DNA from: a virus
Lineage: Duplodnaviria > Heunggongvirae > Uroviricota > Caudoviricetes
IMG/VR virus record: IMGVR_UViG_3300027608_000011
DNA: 64,000 nucleotides
Reading direction: 5' to 3' (one strand)
The notes beneath the pieces are model-generated. The model searched no databases and had not been told where the DNA came from. It worked only from the letters and a program-made list of their open reading frames with translations. Of this stretch, positions 8,358 to 18,176 are shown piece after piece (position 1 is the stretch's first letter; each line of letters starts with the position of its first letter). A program made the position numbers and the translations under genes.

Positions 8358-8388
8358 AAAGTACAGGGCCTACGGGCCCTTACTTTTT
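8358..8388 (+). terminator. Intrinsic terminator with cUACGg tetraloop
   Basis: AAAGTA-C-AGGGCC-TACG-GGCCCT-TACTTTTT. Confidence 0.85.
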
Positions 8389-8390
8389 AG

Positions 8391-8419
8391 TTGACAAATA
8401 AATTAAACAATTATATAAT
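8391..8419 (+). promoter_or_regulatory. sigma70-type promoter
   Basis: TTGACA-17nt-TATAAT. Confidence 0.85.
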
Positions 8420-8449
8420 AACATATCAGCAATTTTTTAGGAGCAATAG

Positions 8450-9529
8450 ATGTCTGAAGCACGTACAGTTAAAATTTCCGAGGCAAAAGTTATTATCCGC
8501 AAGGCGCTTGCAAAAGGTCGTCCGGTAATGATTTGGGGTCCTCCCGGCATCGGTAAATCCGATTTGATTGCCGAACTTGCATTAGAAGACGGTCGTCAAG
8601 TCACTGACGTGCGTTTGAACTTGTGGGAACCTACCGACATTAAAGGTATCCCGTATTACAACTCTACCGAGAACACAATGAAGTGGGCTCCTCCAGCAGA
8701 GTTGCCTACCAATCCCGAGTGTGACAATATTTTGTTTCTAGATGAACTTGTGTCTGCGGCTCCCGCAGTACAGGCCGCGGCTTACCAACTTGTTCTTAAT
8801 AAGAAGGTAGGCACTTATACATTGCCAAAAGGTGTTGGCATTGTTGCGGCAGGTAACAGGATGTCGGACAAAGGTGTTACTTATCGTATGCCTAGTCCAC
8901 TTGCAAATCGTTTTGTTCACATTGAACTTCGCGTGGACTTTGAAGACTGGCAAAAGTGGGCTCTTAAGAACCGCATTGAATCCGACGTAGTTGGTTACCT
9001 GAGCTTTAGCAAGGGCGACTTATACAACTTTGATCCTGCTCAACATGACCGTAGTTTTGCTACACCTCGCTCATGGAGTTTTGTATCTGACTTGTTGGAT
9101 AGTACACTTAGCGAGTCTGCACAAACTGACATTGTAGCAGGTTGCGTGGGCGAAGGTCTTGCTATTAAGTTTATGGCTCACCGTAAAATTGCTAGTAAAC
9201 TGCCTAACCCTACAGACATTTTGCTTGGCAAGGTTAAAGACTTGAAGGTAAAAGAAGTGTCAGCAATGTATTCGCTAACTGCTAGCCTGTGCTACGAGTT
9301 GAAGGATGCGTACGATAATGGTAAGAAAGCAAACGACCTTAAAGCATGGCATCCTATGTGCGAGCATTTTATCCAATACATGATGGATAATTTTGAACCT
9401 GAAATGGTTATTATGGGCGCACATACTGCTCTTAAGACTCATGCTCTACCATTTGAGCACAAGAAGCTCAAGAACTTTCCTGAGTTCTTTAAGAAGTACG
9501 CACATTTGGTAATTGATATCGGTAATTGA
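8450..9529 (+). CDS. MoxR/dynein-related AAA+ ATPase
   Basis: Walker A GPPGIGKS, Walker B LFLDE, AAGN sensor, LANRF arginine finger, TPRSW. Confidence 0.9.
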   Translation: MSEARTVKISEAKVIIRKALAKGRPVMIWGPPGIGKSDLIAELALEDGRQVTDVRLNLWEPTDIKGIPYYNSTENTMKWAPPAELPTNPECDNILFLDELVSAAPAVQAAAYQLVLNKKVGTYTLPKGVGIVAAGNRMSDKGVTYRMPSPLANRFVHIELRVDFEDWQKWALKNRIESDVVGYLSFSKGDLYNFDPAQHDRSFATPRSWSFVSDLLDSTLSESAQTDIVAGCVGEGLAIKFMAHRKIASKLPNPTDILLGKVKDLKVKEVSAMYSLTASLCYELKDAYDNGKKANDLKAWHPMCEHFIQYMMDNFEPEMVIMGAHTALKTHALPFEHKKLKNFPEFFKKYAHLVIDIGN

Positions 9530-9537
9530 GTTGCTCC

Positions 9538-9581
9538 TGGGTAGTGTATACACTAAGTGTACTACACTACCCATTTTTTTT
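9538..9581 (+). terminator. Intrinsic terminator
   Basis: TGGGTAGTGTA-TACAC-TAA-GTGTA-C-TACACTACCCA followed by a T run. Confidence 0.85.
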
Positions 9582-9583
9582 AA

Positions 9584-9612
9584 TTGACAAATAATGGCAA
9601 TTGCAGTATAAT
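9584..9612 (+). promoter_or_regulatory. sigma70-type promoter
   Basis: TTGACA-17nt-TATAAT. Confidence 0.85.
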
Positions 9613-9637
9613 AAGATTAAATAGTTAGGAGTAATAT

Positions 9638-10864
9638 ATGACAACAGTTTCAGAGCACAAAGCTAAACAAGAATTTCCAAAATGTAATCTACCATGGGAT
9701 AAGATTAGAGACCGTGTTACTAAGGCCCGTGTTAAACTTTTACTCCAACATCCGTTTTTCGGAAATCTTGCAACACGCCTTAAAATTATAGATGCCACTG
9801 ATAGAATTCCTACGGCGGCAGTAGATGGCCGCAATCTGTTTATTAACAGAGACTTTGTACATGCCCTTACAGATGGCGAACTAATGTTTCTTATTGCTCA
9901 TGAAGTAATGCATTGTGTATTTGAGCATATGATCCGTCGAGGCGAGCGTGAACCTCAAGTGTGGAATATGGCCGGAGATTATGTAATTAATCTGATTCTT
10001 GAACGAGATAAAATCGGAGACGTAATCCGCAAGGTTGATATTTTGTTAGATCGAAAGTATGCCGACAAGACTACTGACGAAGTATATAACGATCTAATGG
10101 CTAATGCAGTTACAATTAAAATGCCGTTGGATGTTCACTTGGATATGACTGGCGATGGCAAGGGCGGTGGCGATGCTACTGTAACAGTACTGGGCGGTAA
10201 AAGTCTTACAGAAGAAGAACGTAAGGCTTTGCAAGATGAAATTAAAAATGCAGTCTTGCAAAGTGCCCAGGCCGCTGGCGCTGGTAAAGTGCCTGCCGCA
10301 GTTCAACGCATGATCCAAGAACTTACCCAACCTAAGTTGAACTGGAAAGACTTGTTGCGTATTCAATTGGAAAGTTTAATCCGTAACGATTATTCCTTTA
10401 CTCGTCCTAGTCGCAAGGGCTGGCATACTGGTGCTATTTTGCCAGGTATGTTGCCAGGCGAAGAAGTAGAAGTACACGTTGCCATTGACATGTCAGGAAG
10501 TATTTCAGATCAAATGGCCTTGGAATTCTTATCCGAAGTAAAAGGCATTATGGATAATTATGATGCCTACAATATTCGAGTGTGGTGTTTTGACACAGAA
10601 ATTTACTCGGACCAAACGTTTACCAGTGACGACGGCGATGACATTCGCACATATAAGCCAGTGGGTGGTGGTGGCACTGACTTTATGGCCAATTGGGAAT
10701 ACATGCGTAAGCAAGATATTATGCCAAAACAATTGGTAGTATTTACAGATGGATTTCCATATGGGTCATGGGGCGATAAAGATTACTGTGACACATTGTG
10801 GATTATTAACTCGGGAAGCGACATAACTGCTCCGTTCGGAGTAACGGTGCAGTATGAACATTAA
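9638..10864 (+). CDS. Metallopeptidase-like + VWA domain protein (DUF2201-like), MoxR partner
   Basis: TAAVDG, AHEVMH (HExxH), WNMAGDY.IN; VWA MIDAS DMSGS, GGGT, FTDG. Confidence 0.9.
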   Translation: MTTVSEHKAKQEFPKCNLPWDKIRDRVTKARVKLLLQHPFFGNLATRLKIIDATDRIPTAAVDGRNLFINRDFVHALTDGELMFLIAHEVMHCVFEHMIRRGEREPQVWNMAGDYVINLILERDKIGDVIRKVDILLDRKYADKTTDEVYNDLMANAVTIKMPLDVHLDMTGDGKGGGDATVTVLGGKSLTEEERKALQDEIKNAVLQSAQAAGAGKVPAAVQRMIQELTQPKLNWKDLLRIQLESLIRNDYSFTRPSRKGWHTGAILPGMLPGEEVEVHVAIDMSGSISDQMALEFLSEVKGIMDNYDAYNIRVWCFDTEIYSDQTFTSDDGDDIRTYKPVGGGGTDFMANWEYMRKQDIMPKQLVVFTDGFPYGSWGDKDYCDTLWIINSGSDITAPFGVTVQYEH

Positions 10865-11119
10865 ATGAGTCTAAGATTTGCAATCAAAGCAAAAGATGAA
10901 AATCATTTATCAAATGTAATCTGGATAGCTAAAGATTACTTGGCCCTGAACGCTTCGGGGCCTTTTTCCGTTTATATAGAAAACGGAAACGCTATCATTG
11001 AATTAGAAGAAGCTGAGGACAGCTTTTTATTAAAATTAAGCGCATGGGGAGAGATTGTAGAACAATCGACTCTTCCGATATCTGAGCTAAATATTAAAAC
11101 TAGCTATAATACGAAATAA
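10865..11119 (+). CDS. Hypothetical protein
   Basis: 84-aa ORF abutting the upstream stop. Confidence 0.55.
   Translation: MSLRFAIKAKDENHLSNVIWIAKDYLALNASGPFSVYIENGNAIIELEEAEDSFLLKLSAWGEIVEQSTLPISELNIKTSYNTK
10942..10967 (+). terminator. Probable intrinsic terminator inside ORF 10865-11119
   Basis: GGCCCTGAA-CGC-TTCGGGGCC-TTTTT. Confidence 0.6.
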
Positions 11120-11151
11120 TATAGCACTTAACCTTAACGGAGAAAATTAAA

Positions 11152-11421
11152 ATGGAATTACAAATTCAAGACATCCAAGTAGCCGCTCAAATTATTGACC
11201 TGGCCGTACAACGCGGTGCATTCAGAGCAAACGAAGTTAAAATTGTTGGAGAAACTTTTGAAAAGATCTCCACTTTCTTAGCGGCAGTTGCTAAACAACA
11301 AGAAGAAGCCAAAGCCGCAGAAGCCGCCAATGCTCCAGCTGATGGTACTGTACCTGCGACAGAACCAGCGACAGAAACATCAGTTACATCAGTTGATGCC
11401 GCTAGTGTTTTACCTAACTAA
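11152..11421 (+). CDS. Conserved phage hypothetical protein with Ala/Pro/Thr-rich tail
   Basis: IIDLAVQRGAFRA.E...VG motif; RBS GGAG; TAAATA at 11088-11093. Confidence 0.8.
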   Translation: MELQIQDIQVAAQIIDLAVQRGAFRANEVKIVGETFEKISTFLAAVAKQQEEAKAAEAANAPADGTVPATEPATETSVTSVDAASVLPN

Positions 11422-11429
11422 GGATTAAT

Positions 11430-11960
11430 ATGAAATTTCTCAGACACGTAGGAGTTCTAAATAACTCAGGTCACAGAGTACTTGTTGTTTTTAGACAACT
11501 CCCCAACGATCCAACTCATGCATTGGTAGTTGACACAGATGCATTGCATGACAAGTATCACGACGATTTAATTGCGGCTGTAGAGTCAGTTACTTCTCAA
11601 AGTACATTAGATTTCTTTGAGTATGCTAACAGACAATTCTTCACTGACGGTACTAACATGTTGTCTGCTATGCACCAACGTGGATGGTTAATGAAGGTAT
11701 CAACTGACCAAATTACAATGAGGCCGCGCCCTGATTTAGAAATAACATTGTTAGAACTTAACAATCAAATTTCTTCTATGAATGGTGATGAACCTATTAG
11801 TACTGAAGGTGTAATGGACGACAAGAAGTTAGCCAGTGATTTACGTAGACAAGCAGATATGTTTGCCAAACAAGCAGATGATTTACGTAAACAAGCAAAT
11901 GATCTAGATCCTCCTAAAGTCGAAAAGAAAACAAAAGTTAAATCGTTGGCCGGTGCTTAA
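11430..11960 (+). CDS. Conserved phage hypothetical protein with C-terminal coiled coil
   Basis: RBS AAGGA; QAD/QAN heptad repeats near the C-terminus. Confidence 0.8.
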   Translation: MKFLRHVGVLNNSGHRVLVVFRQLPNDPTHALVVDTDALHDKYHDDLIAAVESVTSQSTLDFFEYANRQFFTDGTNMLSAMHQRGWLMKVSTDQITMRPRPDLEITLLELNNQISSMNGDEPISTEGVMDDKKLASDLRRQADMFAKQADDLRKQANDLDPPKVEKKTKVKSLAGA

Positions 11961-12226
11961 TGTCGCCTCTTGACAAATTACTAGAAGAAGTTAAAATAGA
12001 GAGGCACCGGCAAATAGATTTGCCGGGTAGCGAATATGATTTAGTTAACAATGTTAATGACTGGGTAGCAATAGCCAGTCATTATCTAACACAAGATTGT
12101 ACTCGCAAAGGTATGATACCTACTAGACAAGATTTTCATGATAGTCTTATTAAGGCATGTGCAGTAATTGTAGCGGCCTTAGAGTACGAAGAAAATTTAG
12201 TCAAAAAGGGTCACATTAAAGAATGA
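11960..12226 (+). CDS. Hypothetical protein, possibly MazG-like all-helical
   Basis: ERHRQ...DSLIKACAVIVAALE pattern. Confidence 0.5.
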   Translation: MSPLDKLLEEVKIERHRQIDLPGSEYDLVNNVNDWVAIASHYLTQDCTRKGMIPTRQDFHDSLIKACAVIVAALEYEENLVKKGHIKE

Positions 12227-12233
12227 CTAAGAC

Positions 12234-12560
12234 ATGGCTATTAGAAAAAAAGACAGGGGATTCGACGACATACTAAGTGATGTTGTTATGAACCACGTAC
12301 CATCAGAGTACATAGAAGAAATCATAGTACATTTAAATAATGGCCAGGCTATTAGGTTTGCTGGAGAAGAAGTATCGCAAATTGATAGTCTTCCGGCGCA
12401 TCTAGAAAACACTGGAATTATTGATTCAAAAGATATGGTAGATGATGTTGAAATCACAATGGATTTGGTTAAACTAAAAAAAGATATGAAGAAGTATGTT
12501 AGCATATTGCTGGCAAAACATTTTGAAAACGGTGGGGACTCAGATGACACTAAGAAGTGA
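12234..12560 (+). CDS. Hypothetical acidic protein
   Basis: ORF in operon upstream of thyX. Confidence 0.7.
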   Translation: MAIRKKDRGFDDILSDVVMNHVPSEYIEEIIVHLNNGQAIRFAGEEVSQIDSLPAHLENTGIIDSKDMVDDVEITMDLVKLKKDMKKYVSILLAKHFENGGDSDDTKK

Positions 12561-13428
12561 AATAAATTTTGAAAACGATTCGAACTATACTCCAATATTG
12601 GATCATGGATTTGTTGGTTTGGTAGATAGTATGGGTAGTGATAGTGCGGTAGTCCAAGCCGCTCGTGTTAGTTACGGTGCAGGAACTAAACAAGTTAACG
12701 ATGATAGAAATCTAATTCGTTATCTTATGCGTCATAAACACACAACTCCATTTGAGATGTGCGAAGTTAAGTTTCATTTAAAGATGCCTATTTTTGTTAT
12801 GAGACAATTGGTTCGACATCGTACTGCCAGTATCAATGAATACTCTGCACGTTATAGTGTAATGACTGACGAGTTTTATATTCCCGAGCTTGAGCAAATT
12901 CAAAAACAAAGTACAACTAACAAGCAAGGGCGAGAAGAATCAGAATGGTTCATTAATGACAAACGTGAAGTACAACATGCCTTCCAACGTAGCTTTCATA
13001 ATGCATACAAAGAATATACAAGTTTGTTAGGCGAGGAAGATAATGGACTTGCACGTGAGCTGGCTAGAAGTGTGCTTCCAGTAGGCGGATACACTGAGCT
13101 CTATTGGAAAGCAAATCTTAAAAACTTTTTGCACATGATTAAACTTCGCAGTGATCCTCATGCCCAGTGGGAGATACAAGAACTGGCAAATGCAATGTAT
13201 AACTTAGTTAAAGACAAGTTTCCTCAAGTGTGCGAGGCCTTTGAAGATTACGAACAAAATGCTGTCACCGCTAGTAGAATGGAAGTAGACTTGCTACAGG
13301 CACTGATTAGTAAAGATAAGTGGAATAATTTGTTAGAAGACCATCGTACGGAAGATGCAATTGCATTAAAGTTCAATATGGGTAAGAGAGAAATACGCGA
13401 GTTTATTGACAAATGGATCAAAGATTAA
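12544..13428 (+). CDS. thyX: Flavin-dependent thymidylate synthase
   Basis: AARVSY, HTTPFE, RHRTASINEYSARY ThyX motif, ELARSVLP, HAQWEI. Confidence 0.97.
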   Translation: MTLRSEINFENDSNYTPILDHGFVGLVDSMGSDSAVVQAARVSYGAGTKQVNDDRNLIRYLMRHKHTTPFEMCEVKFHLKMPIFVMRQLVRHRTASINEYSARYSVMTDEFYIPELEQIQKQSTTNKQGREESEWFINDKREVQHAFQRSFHNAYKEYTSLLGEEDNGLARELARSVLPVGGYTELYWKANLKNFLHMIKLRSDPHAQWEIQELANAMYNLVKDKFPQVCEAFEDYEQNAVTASRMEVDLLQALISKDKWNNLLEDHRTEDAIALKFNMGKREIREFIDKWIKD

Positions 13429-14030
13429 TTGTAACTGACTTATGTCGAAATCAGTCATTTTTATCGCTGTTCAACAAAACCTTAGTAGAAATACAAAAAG
13501 GTAACGACGAATTAAAAGATAATTATGCTAATCTAACTCCGGATGACTTTGCTAGCCTGACCTTTGCAGTTCGTAACGGTCAGGCTTTAGCTTTTAGCGG
13601 CATGGAAATTAGCGCAGAGAAGTGGGGAGCAAACTGTGCCAGGGTTAGTTCAAAATTTTATATACCGCCTGCATTCAGGCATACACATTTACAAAAATTT
13701 GAACCCAGCGACAAATATATTAATAGTACGTATCTTATTCCTAGACAAATAGCAGTAGCGCAAAGCCTGGGTATAGAATGTGTTTTTATAAGTCGAATTG
13801 ATAAACGTAGAAGCTTTGGTAAATTCATTGATTTAGTTAACGCTAACGGAGGATACAATTTTAAAATGTATCCTCATAAACTAGGTGTTTGCGGTCCACT
13901 GCCGCTGGGATATCGTCCAGCAGAATGTTGCCAATGGATTGCTACTATGCCGTTAAAAAAAGATGCTGATACTAAATTTTTAGAATATCTAGAAAACATA
14001 TCATGTGAGGATTGTAATGACTCCAACTAA
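13413..14030 (+). CDS. GNAT-like fold protein
   Basis: AFSG...ARV.SKFYIPPAFRH...QIAVAQSLGIECVFISR resembles GNAT topology. Confidence 0.55.
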   Translation: MDQRLIVTDLCRNQSFLSLFNKTLVEIQKGNDELKDNYANLTPDDFASLTFAVRNGQALAFSGMEISAEKWGANCARVSSKFYIPPAFRHTHLQKFEPSDKYINSTYLIPRQIAVAQSLGIECVFISRIDKRRSFGKFIDLVNANGGYNFKMYPHKLGVCGPLPLGYRPAECCQWIATMPLKKDADTKFLEYLENISCEDCNDSN

Positions 14031-14613
14031 AATAGCTATAACTGGCCATACCAAAGGTATAGGCAAAGAATTGTCCGATTATTACTCTGCACTAGGAATA
14101 GAAGTGCTGGGCTTTAGCAGGACTAACGGATACGATATTAGTAAAGCTGACGCTCAAGAACGTATCATTAATGAAAGTTTAGACTGTGACTTGTTTATAA
14201 ACAGTGCATATTTTAGATACAGTCAGATTGATTTATTACAACGCTGGTACGGACATCATTATAAAAAGCCCAATTTTATGATTGTTAATTTGAGTAGTCT
14301 AGCAGGTGATGCGTCGATGTTTTTAGGTAAAGTATATCCTTATGGATTACATAAGAAAGCACTAGACGATGTTAGTTATCAAATGAATTTATCTGCCGGC
14401 TGTAAGTGCAAAATTATAAATGTAAAACCAGGACATGTTAAAACAGACTTTTTGATGGATACCAATACGTATACGTTTGCACAACTACGACAACCGAGAA
14501 GCATCTTAGACTTAGAAAAACTAATTAAAGTCATTGCATTTACTATAGATATTTCAGATGAGAACAGTTACATAAGTAGTATAACATACAAAGGCGACAC
14601 TAGTACTATATGA
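14017..14613 (+). CDS. Short-chain dehydrogenase/reductase
   Basis: ITGHTKGIG, FINSA, VNLSS, catalytic YGLHK, PGHVKT. Confidence 0.9.
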   Translation: MTPTKIAITGHTKGIGKELSDYYSALGIEVLGFSRTNGYDISKADAQERIINESLDCDLFINSAYFRYSQIDLLQRWYGHHYKKPNFMIVNLSSLAGDASMFLGKVYPYGLHKKALDDVSYQMNLSAGCKCKIINVKPGHVKTDFLMDTNTYTFAQLRQPRSILDLEKLIKVIAFTIDISDENSYISSITYKGDTSTI

Positions 14614-15167
14614 CAACTGATGCGTTAGACGTCCGGAAATTGGATATTAAATATGATGCAGTCCGATTAAAACAAGAATTGGAATTATTGTATCGCCAAT
14701 ACCCATTCCATAAAGATGCTAATCAGATTGCATTAAGTCATAGTGGCAAATTTACCACTATAAAAGAACAAATGTACGATGGCGTGGGAAGTTTGTATGA
14801 TAGAGAAAACGGTGTTGCCAGCGACCTAGAGGAAAATTATACTGTTATCAGTGATTACGTTAAAGGCAGGTATTGGGAAGATGTAATCAAATCTGTACAG
14901 AATGTTAGTTCATTCCCGTTGGGAAGAATTAGATTAATGTTACTAAAACCCAAGACCTGTTATAGTTGGCACAGGGACAGCGATGAAATTAGATATCATA
15001 TCCCAATTGCTACTAATGCTAACTGTTTCATAGGAACAGAACAAGGGCTATATAGGATGGAAGAAGAAGGTAGATTGTATACTTTGATTAGTACTCAATA
15101 TCATACTGCATTGAATGCCAGTTTCAAACCCAGAGTTCATCTTGTGTTCTCTACATACACATCATGA
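14610..15167 (+). CDS. Aspartyl/asparaginyl beta-hydroxylase-like Fe/2OG oxygenase
   Basis: WHRD, RYHIPI.TN, HTALN, RVHLV. Confidence 0.85.
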   Translation: MTTDALDVRKLDIKYDAVRLKQELELLYRQYPFHKDANQIALSHSGKFTTIKEQMYDGVGSLYDRENGVASDLEENYTVISDYVKGRYWEDVIKSVQNVSSFPLGRIRLMLLKPKTCYSWHRDSDEIRYHIPIATNANCFIGTEQGLYRMEEEGRLYTLISTQYHTALNASFKPRVHLVFSTYTS

Positions 15168-15760
15168 TTTATTTTGACCACATTGCCAGTAATTTAAATA
15201 TCAAACCTGCATTTGAAGAATTGATGCGGAATTTAGATTTGTTTGCGCCACATACCAAATATAAAAAAATAGCGCCAGCATTAGAAGAAGTCGAAAGCAT
15301 ACACTTACGTATTCATCCGTCGGGCGATTATACTAGTAGGACCAACGACGAAATATGGGATGCCAAGGACTTAGCTGACCAAGCCGCTATATCAGTTATA
15401 GATAGTAACGCATATAGTAAATTACCTACTGCAAGAAAATTAATAGAACATGCAATGACATTGATTCCTGCAGGTGTTATGGGCAGGGCTTATATTTCTA
15501 GACTATCGCCGGGCGGCAAAATATATCCGCACGTTGATCCAGGAGCATACTTTCACATACACAACAGATATCATATTGTGTTAGATACTAATCCGCAAGT
15601 TGAATTTTTTACTGAAACGGAAAATATAAAGTGCAGGCCCGGCGAACTATGGCGATTTAATAATAGAGCCAAGCATTGGGGAGAAAACAAAGGCTCCACT
15701 GATAGGTATCATATTATATTTGACATTGCTCATCCGGAAAGATTTTATAACTATGATTAA
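15164..15760 (+). CDS. Aspartyl/asparaginyl beta-hydroxylase-like Fe/2OG oxygenase
   Basis: L.PGGKIYPHVD, RYHIVL, WRFNN..KHWGEN, DRYHIIFD. Confidence 0.9.
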   Translation: MIYFDHIASNLNIKPAFEELMRNLDLFAPHTKYKKIAPALEEVESIHLRIHPSGDYTSRTNDEIWDAKDLADQAAISVIDSNAYSKLPTARKLIEHAMTLIPAGVMGRAYISRLSPGGKIYPHVDPGAYFHIHNRYHIVLDTNPQVEFFTETENIKCRPGELWRFNNRAKHWGENKGSTDRYHIIFDIAHPERFYNYD

Positions 15761-16622
15761 TCATACACCAATCCTACCCACTATAGGCAGTACTGTTCAC
15801 GGAACATTTGATGAGTTAATGGCCTTGGATAACACTGAATTAAGGAAATTAATTTATAAAAGAAAAGCTCTGGTGTTTAAGAATATTAATGTAGATGCGG
15901 ATCGCATGGCTGAATTTAGTAAAAAGTTTGGTAGTCCGTGGACCAAAGATATGTATACTAAGCATACTAAAGAAAACTGTTTAGTTGCAAAAAATGATGT
16001 AGCATACACAATGTATGACGACAAAAGTTATCCCAGACTGTATAAAAGTTTAACTTGGCATTGTGATATTGCTAATGAAAAAGGATTAGAACCTTTCCCG
16101 TTCAGATTACTATATTGCTTAGAACTACCTAGTAAGATGACGGGCGGAAGCACTGATGTGGCTGACTTGGGTATTATACGTCGAGAATGGGATAGTAAAG
16201 ATCAGCACAATATTAACTTAGCTAATTTAGATTTCTTATATAATAGTTGGCAAAAGAATTTCACTAATCAGAAATGGTATCCTGCCTTAGACAAGCATCC
16301 ATGGACCGGAGAAGAGTTCGTTCGTTATAATGCATTCGGTACTGACAATGCATGGATATTGCGAACTAAGGTAACACATACTGATGGCAAGGAAGTATGG
16401 CTTGAAAACTCTTTTATGAGAGAGTTAAGCACTAGTCAAATCGAAGCTACACAATTTCTCGAACACACATGGAATGTGGGAGATGTGCTAGTATTCGACA
16501 ACTGGGCTACAATACACAGACGCGGAGATTTGGAGATTTTAGAAGATAGCGTTGGTCGACGAAGTTTTATTCGAATTAGTATCGACCATGAATTTGATAA
16601 GATGCCTCCATATAATAATTAA
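15753..16622 (+). CDS. TauD/TfdA-family Fe/2OG dioxygenase
   Basis: LVFKN, WHCD, GGST..AD, HPWTGE, HTW..GDVLVFDNWATIHRR. Confidence 0.9.
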   Translation: MINHTPILPTIGSTVHGTFDELMALDNTELRKLIYKRKALVFKNINVDADRMAEFSKKFGSPWTKDMYTKHTKENCLVAKNDVAYTMYDDKSYPRLYKSLTWHCDIANEKGLEPFPFRLLYCLELPSKMTGGSTDVADLGIIRREWDSKDQHNINLANLDFLYNSWQKNFTNQKWYPALDKHPWTGEEFVRYNAFGTDNAWILRTKVTHTDGKEVWLENSFMRELSTSQIEATQFLEHTWNVGDVLVFDNWATIHRRGDLEILEDSVGRRSFIRISIDHEFDKMPPYNN

Positions 16623-17554
16623 TGCAATACACACAGAATAACCATTTCCATTGGAGTTATGATGGTACTCCGTTTACTTTACGTACTAACCCTTATAGCA
16701 CATTTAAGATGCATTGGGGTAAGCCGTCTAGACCAGTTATGAACTTTAAAGATGAGTGCATTAAAGTATGTCAGATTTTAGCAGAAACATATCCCAATCA
16801 AAAATTTAATGTACTGTTTAGTGGAGGCATCGACAGCGAAATAGTAATGCAAAGTTTTATATGGGCTGGATTAAAGCGAAGAACAAAAGCAACCATAATC
16901 AGATTCACTGGTGGGTATAATGATCATGACATTGCGTATGCTATAGATTTTTGCAAGTATCATGCAATACCGTATGAGTTAATGGAACTTGATATTGTAG
17001 AATTTTTTAATAGCAAAGAATATATACCGTATGGAATGAAATATCAAAGTATACAATTGGCACAGATACAATGCATCTGGGCACTGGATCGTATACAAGA
17101 CGACATTCCTGTATTGGGCACCGGAGAAGTATTCTTCGAAAAGATTTTTAATTGGAACACCTGGATGGAAGATGTTCCTAGAAAACAATACGACTGGGTT
17201 TACTATGTAAGAGAAAACAATGACCTTAGTGTACCCAAGTACAGCATATTAAACAATCGTCCAGTTATCAGTGAGTTCTTTAGCTACACTCCTGAAATAA
17301 TGAAATCATACGTAAATGATCAAATTGTACAGGACTTATTAAGTAATAAACTAGACGGCAAGTTAAGTATTGCTAGTTCAAAGTTTCGAATCTATTATCA
17401 ATATTTTCTATTAAAATTTAGAAAAAAATATCACGGTTACGAAACATTAAAACTATTAAATTTACAAGCTCAACAAGAAATGTTAAACTATATACCTTAT
17501 AACGATCATAGATTTGAAATGTTAGCAACAGACTTTATTAAGAGCCTTTCATGA
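16622..17554 (+). CDS. PP-loop ATP pyrophosphatase (asparagine synthetase C-domain-like)
   Basis: VLFSGGIDSE motif, LGTGE, RKKYHGYE C-terminal motif; no glutaminase domain. Confidence 0.75.
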   Translation: MQYTQNNHFHWSYDGTPFTLRTNPYSTFKMHWGKPSRPVMNFKDECIKVCQILAETYPNQKFNVLFSGGIDSEIVMQSFIWAGLKRRTKATIIRFTGGYNDHDIAYAIDFCKYHAIPYELMELDIVEFFNSKEYIPYGMKYQSIQLAQIQCIWALDRIQDDIPVLGTGEVFFEKIFNWNTWMEDVPRKQYDWVYYVRENNDLSVPKYSILNNRPVISEFFSYTPEIMKSYVNDQIVQDLLSNKLDGKLSIASSKFRIYYQYFLLKFRKKYHGYETLKLLNLQAQQEMLNYIPYNDHRFEMLATDFIKSLS

Positions 17555-18165
17555 AAATTATTAAATTAGACCTAAGTTATTTTGACCAAATTGACGAAAT
17601 CCAACAGGACTACAATACGTTTGCGGGGGTAGATGTTACGGCAGTTCCTTTTTATAAACAAGATATGATGATGAGTAAGCACAACAATCTTGCTAACTTA
17701 TACTTAGGTAAAGATAATCCCCAATATATGATGTGGGGATATGTTGACGAAGACACAAATATATTGTATTCTGCAATGACACAGTATTTTAGCCCTGAGA
17801 CTAATATGTGGTATATTCAAAAAGCAATTAGTAGAAGAGCACACAAAGTTAAAAGTATAGGTAATAGAAACGGATTAGTTGAAATTATGCAACATGCTAT
17901 TGAATTTGCAGAAAAAAGAAACTGCTTTCAATATATTATGGCATACCCTAAACGCTATTATCTAGCACATAAACGTATATGGCCCAAGTATGTCGAACAA
18001 CGAAAAGAACGATACGACAGCGTAGTTATTAACGTTATTCCGCCCAATACAAGACCCCAATTTATAGATCAATGGATGTGGTTAATGAACAGTGCATTAT
18101 GGCCCACCGAACTAGTTGTAACTATGCAATATCTAAAGCCGGAATTTCGTCAAGAAATTAAATAA
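17551..18165 (+). CDS. GNAT-like protein, paralog of 22184-22849
   Basis: MWGY..., WYI, IMQHAIEFAE, VIPPNTRP motifs shared with the paralog. Confidence 0.55.
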   Translation: MKIIKLDLSYFDQIDEIQQDYNTFAGVDVTAVPFYKQDMMMSKHNNLANLYLGKDNPQYMMWGYVDEDTNILYSAMTQYFSPETNMWYIQKAISRRAHKVKSIGNRNGLVEIMQHAIEFAEKRNCFQYIMAYPKRYYLAHKRIWPKYVEQRKERYDSVVINVIPPNTRPQFIDQWMWLMNSALWPTELVVTMQYLKPEFRQEIK

Positions 18166-18176
18166 TAAATAGTAAT

